Virus record (IMG/VR): IMGVR_UViG_3300026068_000006
Location: 1-62,259 of that record
Source of the DNA: a virus
Lineage: Duplodnaviria > Caudoviricetes
Length of the DNA: 62,259 bases
Reading direction: 5' to 3' (one strand)
A program made the translations under genes and the position numbers. Position 1 is the stretch's first letter. Each line of letters starts with the position of its first letter. The notes under the pieces were generated by a model. It was not told the origin of the DNA and ran no database searches. It worked only from the letters and a program-made list of their open reading frames with translations. Below are positions 26,744 to 34,505 of the stretch, one piece after another.

Positions 26744-26806
26744 ATTAAAATATCGTAAATAATTGTCTTATCCTATTGACAATATTTACGAACTGGTATA
26801 CAATAG
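26744..26806 (+). promoter_or_regulatory. Repeated promoter P copy 4
   Basis: TTGACA 26776-26781, 17 bp, TACAAT 26799-26804. Confidence 0.88.
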
Positions 26807-26845
26807 ACTTATAAATAGATTATATTAGATTGAGGAGAGTAAAAG

Positions 26846-27283
26846 ATGAAGATAAAAGAATTTACAAAAATGATAGAGAAGGCAATCGAGAAGCACAGGA
26901 TCAACCAACAGTCGTCAGATGAATACGCTGAATATAGCTATTACGGTCTGAGATTTGAAAACAAAGACCGGGAAGTTGGCGAGATGTGCGGTAATTCTCA
27001 TCACAATTTCGAGCGGGAAGATGAGAGGGAGTTTCCCGAATACGGAACTGATGAGTACGAAGAGATGATTGAGCTGGATGGCACATCAGCTTGGTACATC
27101 TCAGACGCTGGAAAATTTGACCGAAAGGTCTATACCGGCGAATGGCAAGAAGAAGATAGCACTCTGATGGTTGTCACAGACCATTGTTACATTATCGGTG
27201 GCCAAACGGAAGGCTCACACGACAGTCCTGATGCCGGGGAAATTCTAATTCAGGATGCAGTAGTAGTTGAAAAGTTATTCTAA
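26846..27283 (+). CDS. Acidic hypothetical protein
   Basis: RBS GAGGAG; D/E-rich. Confidence 0.85.
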   Translation: MKIKEFTKMIEKAIEKHRINQQSSDEYAEYSYYGLRFENKDREVGEMCGNSHHNFEREDEREFPEYGTDEYEEMIELDGTSAWYISDAGKFDRKVYTGEWQEEDSTLMVVTDHCYIIGGQTEGSHDSPDAGEILIQDAVVVEKLF

Positions 27284-27345
27284 TCTCGAAACCGCCTTCG
27301 GGCGGTCAGCCGGAATTGGCCCACTGGCTCTGATGAGAGAGGCCA
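27284..27345 (+). ncRNA. Hammerhead ribozyme, type II
   Basis: TCTC-GAAA-CCGCC(TTCG)GGCGG-TC^-AGCCGG(loop)CTGGCT-CTGATGA-GAGA. Loop TGGCC pairs with the 3' GGCCA. Confidence 0.95.
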
Positions 27346-27380
27346 TATAAACAAGGTCCGTAAGGGCCGAAGGAGATAGA

Positions 27381-27521
27381 ATGAATAATTTTGATATGGA
27401 AATCTGGCTTGATGACTCGGATTTGGAAGAGCAATTGCGTCAACTTCAAGAGATCGAAGATGGCGCAGAGGATGTAGAGCATCCGGATACTCAATATTCG
27501 GATTATCCTTGGGCAGTTTAA
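27381..27521 (+). CDS. Very acidic small protein (46 aa), not in the ORF track
   Basis: Repeat B start; stop in repeat A; MNNFDMEIWLDDSDLEEQ... Confidence 0.75.
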   Translation: MNNFDMEIWLDDSDLEEQLRQLQEIEDGAEDVEHPDTQYSDYPWAV

Positions 27522-27570
27522 TTCCAGCTTTTAGTCGCTCAGGGATGGGCGACTGAGATGTGTGATTAAA
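27517..27570 (+). repeat. Hairpin repeat A copy 8
   Basis: Loop GGGA. Confidence 0.92.
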
Positions 27571-27604
27571 TTATTAAGGTCCGCAAGGGCCGAAGGAGAA
27601 CAAG

Positions 27605-27781
27605 ATGAAATATCAAATCGAAGTATCGAAAGTCCTTAAAGGACGAAAGACCAATACAGTCCGGCTCAAGCCAAGGCTGTCCATTGAAGATGTGGCTTAT
27701 TGGCAGGAGCGAATCGCCTGGTTGCTTGACAAATCAGACGTGGTAACTTGCCGCGTCGCCAAGAATGAGGTGGTTAAATGA
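27605..27781 (+). CDS. Small hypothetical protein (58 aa)
   Basis: Repeat B start. Confidence 0.7.
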   Translation: MKYQIEVSKVLKGRKTNTVRLKPRLSIEDVAYWQERIAWLLDKSDVVTCRVAKNEVVK

Positions 27782-27935
27782 CAATCACTATAGGCATTGC
27801 AATCAATCAAAAGACTTTTATTCTGTCTTATCGGCGCATCAAGAGTGCCAAGCCCTCTATTTTGGCGAGGCTTAAAAGTGCTATATCCGACTTGCTTGCA
27901 ATGCCTATAGTACCATTACGTAGTTATGGAGTAGC

Positions 27936-28895
27936 TTGATGGCATTATTAATACCAGCCGGGTTAGACCTCGGCAATCGCAGTACTCAGATTCATCTACT
28001 CGGCAAAAGCGCGTCGATTCCGAGCGTGATTGGTTTTGACGCGCCAATCATTATCGGCGCCAAAGGCACCGAGGTTAAAGCTCAGGCCTTTAGTTTACTC
28101 TTTCGGGTAGATGACAAGGACCATCAACTTTGGTTTGGGCGTGACGTTCTGGCGTCTCAATCTATTTTACAAGAGATCGACGCCACCAAATATTCCAAGG
28201 TTACAATCCAGCGACTGTTTCAGGCTGTCTTATTCGAGTGGGCCAGCATACACAAGCAAGATTTAAGTACGCTTGGCAAACTCAACATAGTGGCTTCCAT
28301 GCCGCCTGGGTTGTATCAAAAACCAGCCATTTTAAAGTTGGCCGAAAGCGCTTATCGGTCAGCGTTTAACACTGGCCAAAGCCATCAGAAAATACGACCC
28401 GTCAGCGGTGAAGCCATCCAAATTGTGACAAAGTTTGGTGGTCTGGTGCGCGAGGCGGTCCTATTTGGCCAAGACATTCCGCGCAAAAATGAACTAGTCT
28501 TAATAGTCGATCTTGGCGGTGGCACTACCGATTTCGCTCTATTCAACGGGTCTGACAAGCCACTGGATACCAAAACAGTCAACAACGGGTTACTCCACGT
28601 CTATCAGGATGTGGATTTTGTCAACCCGCAAAAAGTCGAACTTCGCATAATGAGCGATAGAAGCTATTTTCCAAATCAGCTTTTAGCTTATTATAACGGA
28701 ATTAAGTTGATGATCAGTGCGGTTATCCGCAAGTTACCGCGCACACCCGATAAAATTTATCTGATCGGTGGCGGTGCTGCACTAATGCCCAAGCCAATTA
28801 GAGCCAGTTTTAAGCAGTTGGCGCGAGAAGTGATCATCAAAGATCAGTATGTTAATGCCATTTCAAACTGGAAGGAGGCGGGCAAAGGCGTATGA
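27936..28895 (+). CDS. parM: ParM/StbA-like actin-family ATPase
   Basis: Phosphate-1 GLDLGNRSTQ, E-A connect motif, phosphate-2 IVDLGGGTTD, adenosine YLIGGGA. Confidence 0.85.
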   Translation: MMALLIPAGLDLGNRSTQIHLLGKSASIPSVIGFDAPIIIGAKGTEVKAQAFSLLFRVDDKDHQLWFGRDVLASQSILQEIDATKYSKVTIQRLFQAVLFEWASIHKQDLSTLGKLNIVASMPPGLYQKPAILKLAESAYRSAFNTGQSHQKIRPVSGEAIQIVTKFGGLVREAVLFGQDIPRKNELVLIVDLGGGTTDFALFNGSDKPLDTKTVNNGLLHVYQDVDFVNPQKVELRIMSDRSYFPNQLLAYYNGIKLMISAVIRKLPRTPDKIYLIGGGAALMPKPIRASFKQLAREVIIKDQYVNAISNWKEAGKGV

Positions 28896-29149
28896 AACAG
28901 TTGAAATTTAGCTTGGACAATGAGGGAATAGACGCCGGGTTGTGGCAAAAAATTGAGGCCATTGCCGGCAACGGAAGTCTCAATGAAGCGGCTAAATTTT
29001 ATCTGCGCCATTTGCATTACTGGTCCGAATCCGACCATGATCGGTCCGTAGATGGTCCAGATATGACCATAATCGGACCAGATTCCGGCAAAAATGAGCG
29101 CTTCGATTTGAGCGCTTTAGATAGTTTTAACTTAGATTCAGGAGAATAA
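28892..29149 (+). CDS. ParR-like adaptor (RHH N-terminus, acidic tail)
   Basis: ATGA-coupled to parM; strand-helix-helix pattern; low-complexity C-terminus. Confidence 0.6.
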   Translation: MKQLKFSLDNEGIDAGLWQKIEAIAGNGSLNEAAKFYLRHLHYWSESDHDRSVDGPDMTIIGPDSGKNERFDLSALDSFNLDSGE

Positions 29150-29150
29150 A

Positions 29151-29309
29151 ATGAAAGTTTCCTTGTGGTTATTGGCCTTAGTTTTGGCCTCTATTGTAAT
29201 ACCGATCTGGGCGCTGGTCCTTAATCCCGTGGGCCTGATCTTGATGGGCGTCCTTATCATCGTGGTCCTTATGTCTCACGGTTGGGGGAGGCAAACAGGG
29301 CAAAACTAA
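29151..29309 (+). CDS. Small membrane protein (52 aa)
   Basis: RBS AGGAG; long hydrophobic stretch. Confidence 0.65.
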   Translation: MKVSLWLLALVLASIVIPIWALVLNPVGLILMGVLIIVVLMSHGWGRQTGQN

Positions 29310-29340
29310 CCTACCCCCTCCCCTCTTGCCCTGGCTGTCT

Positions 29341-29420
29341 TGTGACAAAGCGTAAAATTACGTAGTCACAGACAGTCACAGACAGTCACAACCAGACACA
29401 TCGTGTCACAAACGGTCAGA
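29341..29420. repeat. Six phased 10-bp repeats (GTCACA core) plus one inverted copy; parC-like
   Basis: cgtaGTCACA gacaGTCACA gacaGTCACA accaGACACA tcgtGTCACA aacgGTCAGA at 29361-29420; TGTGAC at 29341. Confidence 0.7.
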
Positions 29421-29451
29421 TAATTTTTCTATTATTTTTTAAGGAGAAGCT

Positions 29452-29814
29452 GTGAATATTATAAATTTATTGCTGCACGATATTACGATCACCGACGAGG
29501 GTGGTCACGTTGTAAAAGTGGTCCCGCGCTCGATGTTGGTAGCGCGATTGGATACGGATCGTCAACTGGCAAAGCCGTCAATTGGCGGTATCCTATTTTG
29601 GCACACCAAATATAGCATACCTTACTGCGCCAGGATAGACGCTAACGGCAAAGAGGCCGAGCGAGTGAACTTCCCGGAGCAAAGACCTGACACGATTTAT
29701 ATTGTCTCGGGTCTGTTTCGGACGAGCTATGAGCGGTCTGATCTCTGGCAACCCGGCGAATTGATCCGGGACGCTAATGGGAAACCTATTGGGTGCGTGG
29801 GGTTGAGTCAATGA
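29452..29814 (+). CDS. Conserved-looking hypothetical phage protein
   Basis: IINL..HDI, YIVS, R.DL..PGELIRD..G..IGC pattern; RBS AAGGAG. Confidence 0.8.
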   Translation: MNIINLLLHDITITDEGGHVVKVVPRSMLVARLDTDRQLAKPSIGGILFWHTKYSIPYCARIDANGKEAERVNFPEQRPDTIYIVSGLFRTSYERSDLWQPGELIRDANGKPIGCVGLSQ

Positions 29815-30030
29815 AAGACATTTGGTCCGTTGAACCACCCGCTGCCAAATGGGGAACTTGTTCGGAAAAGATGTTGGTAGTTCGGCAATGTCATTATGCT
29901 GGCGCTGATTATGATCTTGCCTGGTACGATCACGAAACCGAGCAGTGGCGTAATAACTATGGACCTATCAAGGACGTTATTTCGTGGATGGTTCCGCCGA
30001 GTCATCCAAAAGTAGTGAGGTGAGAAAACT

Positions 30031-30312
30031 ATGGAAGATTTTCATAGCTGTCCCAATTGCGAAAAATCAATTGAACTGGTTGAAGGTACAGCGACCTTTT
30101 GCCCTCATTGTAGTGTCAGACTTTATGATATGGACAAATTGCATACGGTGAAATTGATCAATCTGCCGGAAACAGAACTGTGTAGTTTGCTCTGTACAAT
30201 TTGCGGGAACCCAATAGGTAGCGTAAGGCCAATAGGTCTTGCATGGGTGGATATCCGACCGGTCAGGATGTGCAATCGGTGTATCAATAAGTATGCTGGG
30301 GAGGAGGAATAA
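30031..30312 (+). CDS. Zn-ribbon protein
   Basis: Four CxxC motifs. Confidence 0.7.
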   Translation: MEDFHSCPNCEKSIELVEGTATFCPHCSVRLYDMDKLHTVKLINLPETELCSLLCTICGNPIGSVRPIGLAWVDIRPVRMCNRCINKYAGEEE

Positions 30313-30314
30313 CT

Positions 30315-30599
30315 TTGAAAGAAATTTATTACCCTTATGGGGTAATAGGGAAATCGGGGACTTTTTACGCTTGCGAGTACGGCGAGCATGTGTCCACGAT
30401 GCTTGATTATAAAGAGGATGGCCCATTTGCCGAATGTAAACGGAATTATATCGCATTTGACAATTGGTATACAGTCGCTAGAGGCATACCTACTCGGCAA
30501 CAGTTTGAGACTGCAATGGACTGGTGTACGTCTCAGGGTCTTAAGTTCGAGTGTGTCATTGACGGTCATGATGGGCCCTGGCAGTCATACCGAGCGTAA
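30315..30599 (+). CDS. Hypothetical protein
   Basis: RBS GGAGGA; TTG start. Confidence 0.65.
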   Translation: MKEIYYPYGVIGKSGTFYACEYGEHVSTMLDYKEDGPFAECKRNYIAFDNWYTVARGIPTRQQFETAMDWCTSQGLKFECVIDGHDGPWQSYRA

Positions 30600-30619
30600 C
30601 TATTAAAAGGATTAAACTG

Positions 30620-30820
30620 ATGAAACCAAGTAGAATTGACAAGGATTTTTACGGCTGTCCCAAGTGTGGCTTTCCGCTCAATGTCCAAAATGACAATGAG
30701 CTGGAGTACACGGGCGGCTTAACCTGCGCTTGTGGAGTTTTTGTATCGTTACCTGACATCCCGGTTCCACCGAAGTCAAAATACAGAAAGTTTTACGAAA
30801 CCAAATCTAAGGAGAGTTAA
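30620..30820 (+). CDS. Zn-ribbon protein
   Basis: CPKCG...CACG. Confidence 0.65.
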   Translation: MKPSRIDKDFYGCPKCGFPLNVQNDNELEYTGGLTCACGVFVSLPDIPVPPKSKYRKFYETKSKES

Positions 30821-30822
30821 CC

Positions 30823-31554
30823 GTGACAGAACAACAGCCGCAGTCTAAAAACCCAATACCGAAACCAGTCTATCAGGCCATTGCTGCGGCTGTTGTTGCT
30901 GGTGGTAGTTCGTTTGTTTTTGGCGTCCCTATCGAGTACGTTCCCCGTGTCGCTGTGGCCGGGATCGTCTACAGCGTCTTCCAATCTTACTCGGACATCC
31001 GCTATCAAGTATCGCCCAGAGTCAGACGGCCACGAGGCCGGCAAATCGCTGTCAACACCGTCAACGGTAGCCGCAAAATCGATATGGAGTATAGTGTTTC
31101 TCAAGGTGGTTATATAGTCCGGGAAACCTACGCTCAAGCCATTAAACGCTTTGTTTTCGGTAAGCCCCAGGCTGACAAGCGTCAACCTGAAATTAAAGTC
31201 AATAGACCAGAGGCACTTGATGATTTCATCTTTCGCTCTCACTATCAAGGCCAGGTGGTCGAATTGGCCGAGACACACGTTAGACTATTCTTGCAATCTG
31301 CCTGGCGCAACCGAGCGAACGGTAAGGGGCTAAGTCAAAGACGGTGGGTTAGGGAGCGATCACAGCGGCCGGCATGGTACCAAGAGTTGTCGCCTGTCTG
31401 GTACTACGGCATGAGTATGTTACTGTGGGATGCACAGAAGGCTTTGAAACGCCAACTGGTGATCGAAACGGGCTATCAGTGGTACGCCCTTAACGTTGAG
31501 CCAAGGCAGGCGATGGGATTGTTAAAGTGGTATGAGTCAATCAAGCGGCAATGA
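30823..31554 (+). CDS. Membrane-associated hypothetical protein
   Basis: RBS AAGGAG; two N-terminal hydrophobic segments. Confidence 0.7.
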   Translation: MTEQQPQSKNPIPKPVYQAIAAAVVAGGSSFVFGVPIEYVPRVAVAGIVYSVFQSYSDIRYQVSPRVRRPRGRQIAVNTVNGSRKIDMEYSVSQGGYIVRETYAQAIKRFVFGKPQADKRQPEIKVNRPEALDDFIFRSHYQGQVVELAETHVRLFLQSAWRNRANGKGLSQRRWVRERSQRPAWYQELSPVWYYGMSMLLWDAQKALKRQLVIETGYQWYALNVEPRQAMGLLKWYESIKRQ

Positions 31555-32360
31555 AAAACGATAGTGATACGCTACAGATATATTTTGCAGACATGAGGCA
31601 GATAGGAGGCGCTCTTTTATCGCTTGATGAGGAAATCCAACTGGCCAAACTAATAGAGGTGGGCGGTCTGGAAGGTGATCGGGCCAGAGCCAGTCTTATA
31701 GAAGCGAATCTACGTCTTGTGGTTAGTATCGCCAATAAATATTGGACGCCCGACATTCCCTTTGGTGACTTGATACAGGAGGGGAATATCGGGTTAATGA
31801 TAGCTGTTGACAAATACGATTGGCGGCGGGGTGTATATTTTAGCACCTATGCCACCTGGTGGATTAGACAGGCTATCAGACAGGCTATTGCGATGCGATT
31901 CATGATACGCATCCCAACTCATATATGGGACAACACGATCAAGATAAAGCGGGCGATAGATTGTTATACCGGCGAATTACCATCAGTGATTGCAGCAAAG
32001 GCGGGTCTTAGTGAGGCCGAAGTTATTAAAGGGTTGGAATGTCTGAGACTGATGAGTGTATCATCTATAGATAATAACAATCTACATGCGCTTTTATCTG
32101 ATGAGAGCCAAGAGGTTTACATTGAGGCGAATGAATTGAACAAGTTTATTTTGGACATCTTGGAGACTTTGGGCGAAAGGGAGGCCAAGATAGTAGAAAT
32201 GCGTTATGGACTTAGGGACGGAATCCCCCATACCCTGGGAGAAATTGGAAAGGTGATGAGCCTGACTCTGGAACGTGTCAGACAAATTGAGAAAAAGGCG
32301 TTAGAAGAACTTCGACTTGACGTAAAATTAAAAAACTATTTAGGAGACAAAAATGACTAA
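31551..32360 (+). CDS. RNA polymerase sigma-70 family factor (RpoD/RpoS-like)
   Basis: [42 protein letters not shown]...[11 protein letters not shown]. Confidence 0.95.
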   Translation: MKNDSDTLQIYFADMRQIGGALLSLDEEIQLAKLIEVGGLEGDRARASLIEANLRLVVSIANKYWTPDIPFGDLIQEGNIGLMIAVDKYDWRRGVYFSTYATWWIRQAIRQAIAMRFMIRIPTHIWDNTIKIKRAIDCYTGELPSVIAAKAGLSEAEVIKGLECLRLMSVSSIDNNNLHALLSDESQEVYIEANELNKFILDILETLGEREAKIVEMRYGLRDGIPHTLGEIGKVMSLTLERVRQIEKKALEELRLDVKLKNYLGDKND

Positions 32361-32547
32361 TAAGATCGTAGTGTACGTACCGAAAGAATTGGCAAACCGT
32401 ACTACCCAAGAGAAGGCGGTTCAGGCGCTTGAACTGCTTTGCGGGAAGCAGATATCTGACGATATTTATGAAACGGGTAGAGTAGACTGGTTTATCAAAA
32501 CAGAATTATATCGTCTTGGTTTAAGACGAAAGGGCGGAAACGAATGA
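32353..32547 (+). CDS. Small hypothetical protein
   Basis: RBS AGGAG; coupled to neighbours. Confidence 0.65.
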   Translation: MTNKIVVYVPKELANRTTQEKAVQALELLCGKQISDDIYETGRVDWFIKTELYRLGLRRKGGNE

Positions 32548-33089
32548 GTGCTTTTGTGAGAGTTGCAGACAAGTTACGCGATAGTAAATTTATTATCCCG
32601 ATTACCCTGGCAGTTATGTTGGGGATAATTATCAGTGCTTTTGCCTTTTACGAGGATTATCAATCTTCATTACATGGTTATGAGATGTTGCCTACTCGGA
32701 AATCAGGCGAGGAAGTGATACAGATGATTGCCTTGCTCCCTCAAGTGGGCCAGATTATCTTCTTCTACCTGTTCGGGAATAGCGTGGAGGTGTTGCCAAA
32801 TGGCAGACGGCGCATCAATTACATCTACTTTATTGTCGCTTCTTTTTTGCTCTTTTTTGATTTGGGGACTGACATGTATTACAAAGCTTCGGGCGCTTTT
32901 TGGCCTGTCTGGATTATTGCTTTCGTAGAGTCTATCACCGTCTTTACCATTGGCAGCGAGATGCTCCTAACCGCCTCACTGGGTCTTTTCTTTGAGTTGG
33001 CCCCGGAAGCGATCAAGCAACTGGGCCAGTTTTTTGGAGCGTTTTTGGGTGAGGATGAGGACGCTCCGACCATTGCGTCACGGAGGTAA
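32544..33089 (+). CDS. Multi-pass membrane protein
   Basis: About four hydrophobic segments. Confidence 0.75.
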   Translation: MSAFVRVADKLRDSKFIIPITLAVMLGIIISAFAFYEDYQSSLHGYEMLPTRKSGEEVIQMIALLPQVGQIIFFYLFGNSVEVLPNGRRRINYIYFIVASFLLFFDLGTDMYYKASGAFWPVWIIAFVESITVFTIGSEMLLTASLGLFFELAPEAIKQLGQFFGAFLGEDEDAPTIASRR

Positions 33090-33090
33090 A

Positions 33091-33750
33091 ATGAACACCG
33101 AACATTTGGAAACCTTAAAAGCGGGCGTCGCTACTTGGAACAATTGGCGGATGAAACACCGAGAAGTTATCCCGGACTTGGCCGGGGCCAATCTGGTTGG
33201 GGCCAATCTGGACGGGGCCGACTTGTGTGCGGCCGACTTGTGTGCGGCCGACTTGCGCGGGGCTAACCTGACCAGGGCCAAGCTGGTTGGGGCCAAGCTG
33301 CACGAGGCCGATCTGTCCGGGGCCGACTTGAGCGTGGCCAATCTACACAGGGCCTATCTGCGCGGGGCTAATTTGAGTGGGGCTAACCTGAACCAAGCCG
33401 ATCTGCGTGGGGCCAATCTGGTCAGGGCCAATTTGGCCCAAGCCAATCTGATCAGGGCCAAGTTTGGTGGGGCCAACCTGAACGGGGCCAAGCTGCGCCA
33501 GGCCGATTTGAGCGGGACCGACTTGACCAAGGCCGATTTACATCAAGCCGACCTAAGCAGCGCTAACCTGCGCGGGGCCAATCTAATTGCGGCCGGCTTG
33601 ACCGGTGCTAACCTGCACGAGGCCAAGCTGAATGGGGCCAATTTGAGTGACGCCAATTTGGACTGGGCCAAGCTGGACGGGGCCGACTTGACCGGGGCCA
33701 GTCACGATGACCAAACAATTTGGCCGGACGGGTTCACGCCCGCCGTTTAA
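33091..33750 (+). CDS. Pentapeptide-repeat protein 5
   Basis: RBS GGAGG; MNTEHLETLKAGVATWNNWR; C-cap TIWPDGFTPAV. Confidence 0.95.
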   Translation: MNTEHLETLKAGVATWNNWRMKHREVIPDLAGANLVGANLDGADLCAADLCAADLRGANLTRAKLVGAKLHEADLSGADLSVANLHRAYLRGANLSGANLNQADLRGANLVRANLAQANLIRAKFGGANLNGAKLRQADLSGTDLTKADLHQADLSSANLRGANLIAAGLTGANLHEAKLNGANLSDANLDWAKLDGADLTGASHDDQTIWPDGFTPAV

Positions 33751-33799
33751 TCTCAAGTTTCAGCCGTTCAGGGATGGGCGGCTGAGATGTGTGACGGGG
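33746..33799 (+). repeat. Hairpin repeat A copy 9
   Basis: Loop GGGA; right end degenerate; supplies the TAA stop. Confidence 0.88.
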
Positions 33800-33836
33800 A
33801 GGGCCGACTAAATAAAAAAATGAAAGTGAGGCTGAT

Positions 33837-34172
33837 ATGAGCATAAGTATAAGGGCAAGTCGGATACAGCGGAAGCGAACAAGAGGATGGAGGATGCCAG
33901 AGGGGGCGATCTATGTTGGACGCCCTGGCAAGTGGGGCAATCCTTTTGCGGCTAAAGATGTTGGCGGTCGCGCCGCGGCAGTCGAATTGTATGAGGACTG
34001 GCTGCTAAATGAAATTGAAATTGTTCCCGGAAACTTGGAGGAGATCAGGGCCGAATTGAGAGGCAAAACTCTGGCTTGCTGGTGTCCATTGGACCAGCCA
34101 TGCCACGCAGATGTGTTGCTCAGAATAGCCAATGCCGAGGCCGATTTGACCGAGGAGGAGAGTAATGTCTGA
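33837..34172 (+). CDS. DUF4326 domain protein
   Basis: IYVGRPGKWGNPF, ELRGKTLACWC, PCHADVL. Confidence 0.9.
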   Translation: MSISIRASRIQRKRTRGWRMPEGAIYVGRPGKWGNPFAAKDVGGRAAAVELYEDWLLNEIEIVPGNLEEIRAELRGKTLACWCPLDQPCHADVLLRIANAEADLTEEESNV

Positions 34173-34443
34173 TTTATTAGATCAAAGAGTGCAGAAAGTC
34201 AGGCGGATTCTGGAATTACAGAGTCAGATTGCGACTCTGCAAGAAATTATCAAAGAGAAGCAGGCCGAGGTTGAAAGAATCGAGGCCGAGATAAAGGCCA
34301 ATAATTTAATCCCGCCATTATCCGATCAGGAGGATGATGAGAGTTTTATTTTGTACGGGATGGAGTGCCCGGCTTGCGGCGAGTGGGATTGCACAAACCG
34401 GGATTGTATTGATAGTTTGACTGACTTGGCTCAGGCTAGATGA
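34165..34443 (+). CDS. Coiled-coil plus Cys-rich hypothetical protein
   Basis: RBS GAGGAG; CPACGEWDC. Confidence 0.7.
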   Translation: MSDLLDQRVQKVRRILELQSQIATLQEIIKEKQAEVERIEAEIKANNLIPPLSDQEDDESFILYGMECPACGEWDCTNRDCIDSLTDLAQAR

Positions 34444-34457
34444 AGCGAACCGGATCA

Positions 34458-34504
34458 ATAAGATTATCTTATATCAAATGTCGTTATCTATAAGATAATC
34501 TTAT
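34458..34504. repeat. 47-bp double-palindrome element, copy 2 (core inverted relative to copy 1)
   Basis: ATAAGATTATCTTATA-TCAAATGTCGTTATC-TATAAGATAATCTTAT. Confidence 0.9.
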
Positions 34505-34505
34505 T

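Larger units (their letters stand above)
18103..27604 (+). repeat. Start-associated repeat B family: GGCCC-loop-GGGCC hairpin fused to RAAGGAGAA RBS (14 copies)
   Basis: Copies start at 18103, 18597, 19477, 19951, 20481, 22918, 23237, 23575, 23878, 24183, 24648, 24927 (partial), 27355 and 27578. Each sits directly before an ATG. Confidence 0.9.

Noticed and set aside
29021-29080. Roughly periodic GGTCC/GACC motifs in the ParR-like tail
   Set aside because: Irregular phase and orientation; weaker than the 29361-29420 array.
18584-33341. Minus-strand ORFs with LAP/SAL repeats opposite the pentapeptide genes
   Set aside because: Antisense shadows of the repetitive coding strand.
18624-33750. 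Diversity-generating retroelement acting on the pentapeptide genes
   Set aside because: No reverse transcriptase motif recognised, and differences between paralogs are not adenine-restricted.
17309-33799. Repeat A as a CRISPR array
   Set aside because: Spacing is hundreds to thousands of bp and holds whole genes; no cas genes seen.
17309-33799. Repeat A as canonical integron attC
   Set aside because: No RYYYAAC...GTTRRRY ends, no extrahelical-base pattern and no IntI seen; only the layout is analogous.
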